A stretch of DNA of 64,000 nt from Mesotaenium endlicherianum (lineage: Eukaryota). This document shows, in pieces, positions 60,701-64,000 of this stretch. Below the pieces are notes generated by a model. The model did not search any database. It saw only the letters and a program-made list of their open reading frames with translations, and was not told where the DNA came from. The stretch spans positions 62,001 through 126,000 of the forward strand of contig WELA01002708.1 of the NCBI GenBank assembly GCA_009602735.1. Direction: 5' to 3'. Each line of letters starts with the position of its first letter. The first letter of the stretch is position 1. Position numbers and translations under genes: made by a program.

Positions 60701-60909
60701 AGTACTGCACCGGGGCTGACCGAAAGTTTAAATGCGCCATTGGCATCTGTTGCAGTACCGTTCTTGGATTTTTTTTCAACAACGGACGCCCCATCAATCG
60801 GCCTCCCCTTGTCGTCGGTCACTTTTCCTGTTACCGTGCTTTTTTGTGCGATAGCTGTCATACTAACAAAGAACAGCGCACAAAAACCCATTAATAGTGT
60901 TTTTCTCAT
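57730..60909 (-). CDS. SusC/RagA TonB-dependent transporter
   Basis: Carboxypeptidase-like N-terminal domain, EVVVTALGI, PLFIVDGVP, NGVVLITTK, LKPE and a terminal Phe. Confidence 0.96.
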   Translation of the reverse strand: MRKTLLMGFCALFFVSMTAIAQKSTVTGKVTDDKGRPIDGASVVEKKSKNGTATDANGAFKLSVSPGAVLVVSGTGYERKEIATSSGVALTISLKNIDESLSEVVVTALGIKREKKALGYAVTSVAKKDIELRPEGDIGRVLAGKAPGVDILGTSGISGSGTNIVIRGVSTITGGSVPPLFIVDGVPFDGSTNMPSGFTFGGQTSSRFLDIDPNNIENITVLKGLSAAIQYGDLARNGVVLITTKNGSANNKQNKKTEITVSQSLFANKVANLPDYQDTYGGGFNLAPSLAFSNWGAAFKNPPDSFNHPYSRSALNVAFPEYKGKKYAYKAYNSVPAFFRTGWVSNTAVNVSGGNAVTRFSGNYSYTSDQGFLPGNSVIKNNFGFGGLTKLSNNFTLSGTINFATTDYITPTTSTSFGSSADNPSVYGDLIYTPRSIDLMGWPYKNPIDGSSVYYRANNGIQNPRWTVENSLIREKIYRTFGNIQMKYDIMKGLSVLYRLGIDVYNTLNELTVNKGGTTGGLQYTTGMYRTLNSTNSILDHNILVNYVKDLNEDWNLTLDGGLSLRNDNYTQNGMKSTQQLVFGLFNHGNFVNHEAVGEDGGNLNFDSQQKRFGAFLSASGGYRNYLYLNVGGRESWVSTLEESNRKIFYPSASISMIPTAAINGLKNNKWVNFLKVRVGYSTSARFPDPYTTRTALNIQTNAFVDRNGNVINQNAIPNRLANPDLKPELLKEYEAGLEGTFINHRLTVDLTFYKRISSNQILDRSLDPSTGYTVTSVNAGDVRNEGIELGLGYNVVKARDWNWQLNANWTINKSLVYDLPSYIKQINFAGYSNLGNFAINGQPLGILQGSVTSVDPKTGQKLLDDNGYYVQDPNIGILGSPLPQYKLTGISELTWKSLTFRAQMDYSVGGKMISLTTASLLARGLTKDMDFDRTIPITLPGIRQSTGKPNDIQTGATSAYFNTYFGPNDFQVWDATLIRLREVSLSYSLPSKWLAKTPFGSVSVVASGQNLFYLAPNFPKYVRFDPETSSLGVGTGRGLELLTGPSSRRFGASIRVTF

Positions 60910-61295
60910 GCTTTTTAAGTTTTAGACGTTTGATTCTATGACGAACAGAATCTTAATGAAAAGTAAAAAAGAAAACCGGGTTGAGATTAACAGAATGTTA
61001 ACTTTAATCTATTTTTAACCCCCTATCGAAAGGGGGATGCTCATCGGCAATCCCATCGCGCCAAAAAACCTGGTTGTTAGCGGGCAAGTTTTGTCATTTT
61101 ATCGGCAATTACTCCTAAGCTTCATTGGTTTCCGATCTTTCTCAAGCAAAGAACAACAGCATAATAAGGTGGGGCGGTATGCTGGCTATTATAATGATTG
61201 TTTTAAGCAACAAATATCCTGTATTCAGTATCTGGGAGAAAATAAAGCAAATTTTATTTGCTCATAGTATTATTTTATTAATATTTGATACTCAA

Positions 61296-64000
61296 ATGTT
61301 TTATCCGATGTCCATTTCTACGCTGAGAAAATGTAACCTGCTTGTTATTGCCCTGCTCGCCTTTTCTTTCTTTTCCCACGCGCAGCAAACCTATAGCGTA
61401 TATAGCTGTAGTGGTAGCACCTTCAGTTTTGTTCAACCCGGCGCTCCCACCGGCACCACTTATACCTGGGGAACCCCTGCTATCAGCCCGGCTGGCGCAA
61501 TCAGCAATGCTACTGCGGCTGCCACACCGCAGAACATGGTAGTGCAATCCCTCACCAATAACACCACATCACAGGCAACGGCTACTTATCTCGTTACAAC
61601 TTCCAACAATACCAACTTTACATTGGTGGTAACAGTGAATCCACAGCCGCAATTGTCAACCCCCACCAATGCAGGATCCATCTGTAGCGGCAGCCTGGTT
61701 ACCTATACTCCCAACAGCGCGGTATCGGGCACCAGCTTCAACTGGAGCCGGCCTGCGATCGCCGGTATCAACAATGTTTCGAGCCAGGGCACGGGCAATC
61801 CGAATGAAATCCTTTATAATACCACTACCAATCCCATTGATGTTACTTACAATTATACATTAACTGCGAATGGCTGTACCAATAACCAGGCAGTTACAGT
61901 AACAGTAAAGCCTTTGCCCACCCTTACTACTTCCCTGGCAGCAGCCTCTATTTGCAGTGGCGGAACAGCTGTGTATACACCTGCTTCCAGCCTTGCCAAT
62001 ACCAGTTTCAGTTGGACGAGAGCGGTGGTAAGCGGCATCAGCGCAGGGCCTGGAAGCGGAGGACCTAATGTCAATGAACAACTCAACAATACCACGCTCC
62101 TGCCCAGGACTGTTACTTATGTGTACACATTAACCGCCAATACCTATGGTTGTTCCAACAACCAAAATGTGTCTTTAACAGTAAACCCCGTTCCATCTAT
62201 AGCTGCACAATCTGTTACTTCCTGTAGTGGCAACGTATTCATGATCTCTCCTTCACCTGCACCGGCAGGAACATCGTATACATGGCAGGCTCCCGTGATC
62301 TCGCCTGCTGGCGCTATTACAGGAGGTGGTACCAATACCATTGGACAGAACTATATTGGGCAAGCACTTACCAACAACAGCGGAGCTTCCGCTACTGCTA
62401 CTTATACGGTTACACCAAGTTCCTATGGATGTGTTGGAACAAATTTTACCGCCACTGTTACCGTAAACCCGGGTGGTTCGGTTGCAACGCTCAGCAGCAG
62501 CCTTACACCACCCGATATATGTAGTAGCACATCGTTCTTTTATCATCCTACTTCAGCCGCTGCAGGCCCCAGCTTTAGCTGGACCCGCTTCGCAGTAGCG
62601 GGCATCAGCCAAGCTGTAACAACAGGCAGTGGCGATATCAATGAAGTACTGACCAATACCACTTATCTGCCGGTTACTGTCAAGTACGCCATTACTACCA
62701 CATCCAATGGCTGCTCCAATACACAGGATATTGCAGTTAATGTGAATCCTTCTACAGTGTTAAGCACTTCGCTTACACCGCCTGCTGTGTGTAGTAATAC
62801 GGTATTCAGTTATACGCCTATGAGCCAAACAGCCAACACTGCATTTAACTGGACCAGGGCATCTGCAAATGGCATCAGCAATGCAGCGGCCAGCGGAACC
62901 GGCAATCCCAATGAAACCCTGATCAACACGACCAGCAGTACCATTCAGGTTACCTACATCTATAATCTCATCACACCCAATGGTTGTACCAATAACCAAT
63001 CGGTGGTGGTGAATATCAATCCAACGCCTACACTGAGCAGTACACAAACTCCCAATGCTGTATGTAGTGGCAGCACCTTCAATTATATTCCTACTTCTGC
63101 TACGGCAGGCGCTACTTTTACCTGGAACAGAGCGGTAGTTACTTCTATCAGCAACGGAGCGGGCAATGGTACTTATAACCCGGCAGAGATACTGGTTAAT
63201 ACCAGCCTCAACCCGGTGAATGTACCTTATACCTATACCATCAGCGCCAATAACTGTTCCAGTACGGCTATTGTTACCGTTCCCATTAACCCGGTACCCA
63301 ATATTGCCAACCAAACACTGGCGGCTTGCAGCAATACTGTATTCAATCTTACACCTGTCAGTGTTCCATCCAACACCACTTATACCTGGACGGCGCCTGT
63401 GATTGCACCTGTTGGCGCAATTTCTGGCGGATCTGCACAAACAACCGGTCAGGCCAGCATCAGCCAGTTGCTCACCAACCAGACCATCAACTCCGCTACG
63501 GCTACCTATACGGTTACTCCCACTGCGGCAGGATGTACCGGCGCATCATTTACAGCCACGGTTACCCTCAACCCTGTTCCTGCTGCTGCCAACCAGTTGC
63601 TGGCAGCTATATGCAGCGGTAACGCGTTTAATTATACTCCCGCCAGCATGCCGGCAGGAACTACTTATACCTGGAGCAATCCGTTGCTGGCGCCTGCGAG
63701 CGGTTTAACAGGCGGCAGTGCACAGCCGATCAGCCAGACTTCCATCGGGCAATCGCTCAGCAGCGTCAATAATATCATGGATACGGCCACTTATACGGTA
63801 ACGCCTTCCACCAATGGATGTGCAGGTAATACCTTCACTGTTACCGTACCGGTTAAACCGGTACCGATCCTTTTCAGCATGACCGACACCATTTGTTCCG
63901 GTACGCCGTTCAGTATACTGCCTTCACCGGTACCGGCCAACACAACATACACCTGGCCCACACCGGTGGTATTTCCATTTGGTTCAGTGATCAACGGCGG
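61296..64000 (+). CDS. Large secreted surface protein with about 10 PKD-like/Ig-like repeats (3' end lies beyond the window; not in the ORF track)
   Basis: Reading frame from ATG 61296 (or 61308) stays in register at the window end. Signal peptide ..FSHA/QQ; ~90-aa repeats (I/V)CSG...(Y/F)xW...LxNxT...GC...VxVNP. Confidence 0.9.
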   Translation, partial: MFYPMSISTLRKCNLLVIALLAFSFFSHAQQTYSVYSCSGSTFSFVQPGAPTGTTYTWGTPAISPAGAISNATAAATPQNMVVQSLTNNTTSQATATYLVTTSNNTNFTLVVTVNPQPQLSTPTNAGSICSGSLVTYTPNSAVSGTSFNWSRPAIAGINNVSSQGTGNPNEILYNTTTNPIDVTYNYTLTANGCTNNQAVTVTVKPLPTLTTSLAAASICSGGTAVYTPASSLANTSFSWTRAVVSGISAGPGSGGPNVNEQLNNTTLLPRTVTYVYTLTANTYGCSNNQNVSLTVNPVPSIAAQSVTSCSGNVFMISPSPAPAGTSYTWQAPVISPAGAITGGGTNTIGQNYIGQALTNNSGASATATYTVTPSSYGCVGTNFTATVTVNPGGSVATLSSSLTPPDICSSTSFFYHPTSAAAGPSFSWTRFAVAGISQAVTTGSGDINEVLTNTTYLPVTVKYAITTTSNGCSNTQDIAVNVNPSTVLSTSLTPPAVCSNTVFSYTPMSQTANTAFNWTRASANGISNAAASGTGNPNETLINTTSSTIQVTYIYNLITPNGCTNNQSVVVNINPTPTLSSTQTPNAVCSGSTFNYIPTSATAGATFTWNRAVVTSISNGAGNGTYNPAEILVNTSLNPVNVPYTYTISANNCSSTAIVTVPINPVPNIANQTLAACSNTVFNLTPVSVPSNTTYTWTAPVIAPVGAISGGSAQTTGQASISQLLTNQTINSATATYTVTPTAAGCTGASFTATVTLNPVPAAANQLLAAICSGNAFNYTPASMPAGTTYTWSNPLLAPASGLTGGSAQPISQTSIGQSLSSVNNIMDTATYTVTPSTNGCAGNTFTVTVPVKPVPILFSMTDTICSGTPFSILPSPVPANTTYTWPTPVVFPFGSVING

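Noticed and set aside
61278..63994. Short ORFs on both strands listed in the track after 61.2 kb
   Set aside because: They are alternative-frame shadows of the single large repeat-protein gene.

Overview
Chromosomal window from a Bacteroidota genome, most likely Chitinophagaceae. This rests on SusC/SusD, an RpoD-type sigma lacking region 1.1, TAnnTTTG -7 promoter boxes and a DUF3276 gene. Most of the window is housekeeping or transport genes: dnaE, trxA, trxB, mqnE, sdaA, folB, ltaE, pgi, msrA, a MutS2-like gene, an RND efflux operon and tRNA-Ser(UGA). The most interesting locus is a candidate Mg2+-homeostasis module at 1-7248. An OmpR-family two-component pair is followed by four TCTAA boxes at exact 11-bp spacing and a -7 box. 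Next come a 14-codon leader ORF with a hairpin over the mgtC start, then mgtC, a 65-aa membrane microprotein, mgtA and an OprB/MnoP-like porin. Other notable items: a tandem TPR histidine kinase pair whose second member lacks the ATPase domain, nested CGTC-type palindromic repeats, a frameshifted SRPBCC gene at a slippery heptamer, a 203-bp fold-back inverted duplication in a decaying region, probable leaderless mRNAs, and a large repeat surface protein that runs off the window end and is missing from the ORF track. No CRISPR array, integrase or transposase was seen. All family assignments come from motif recognition, not database searches.
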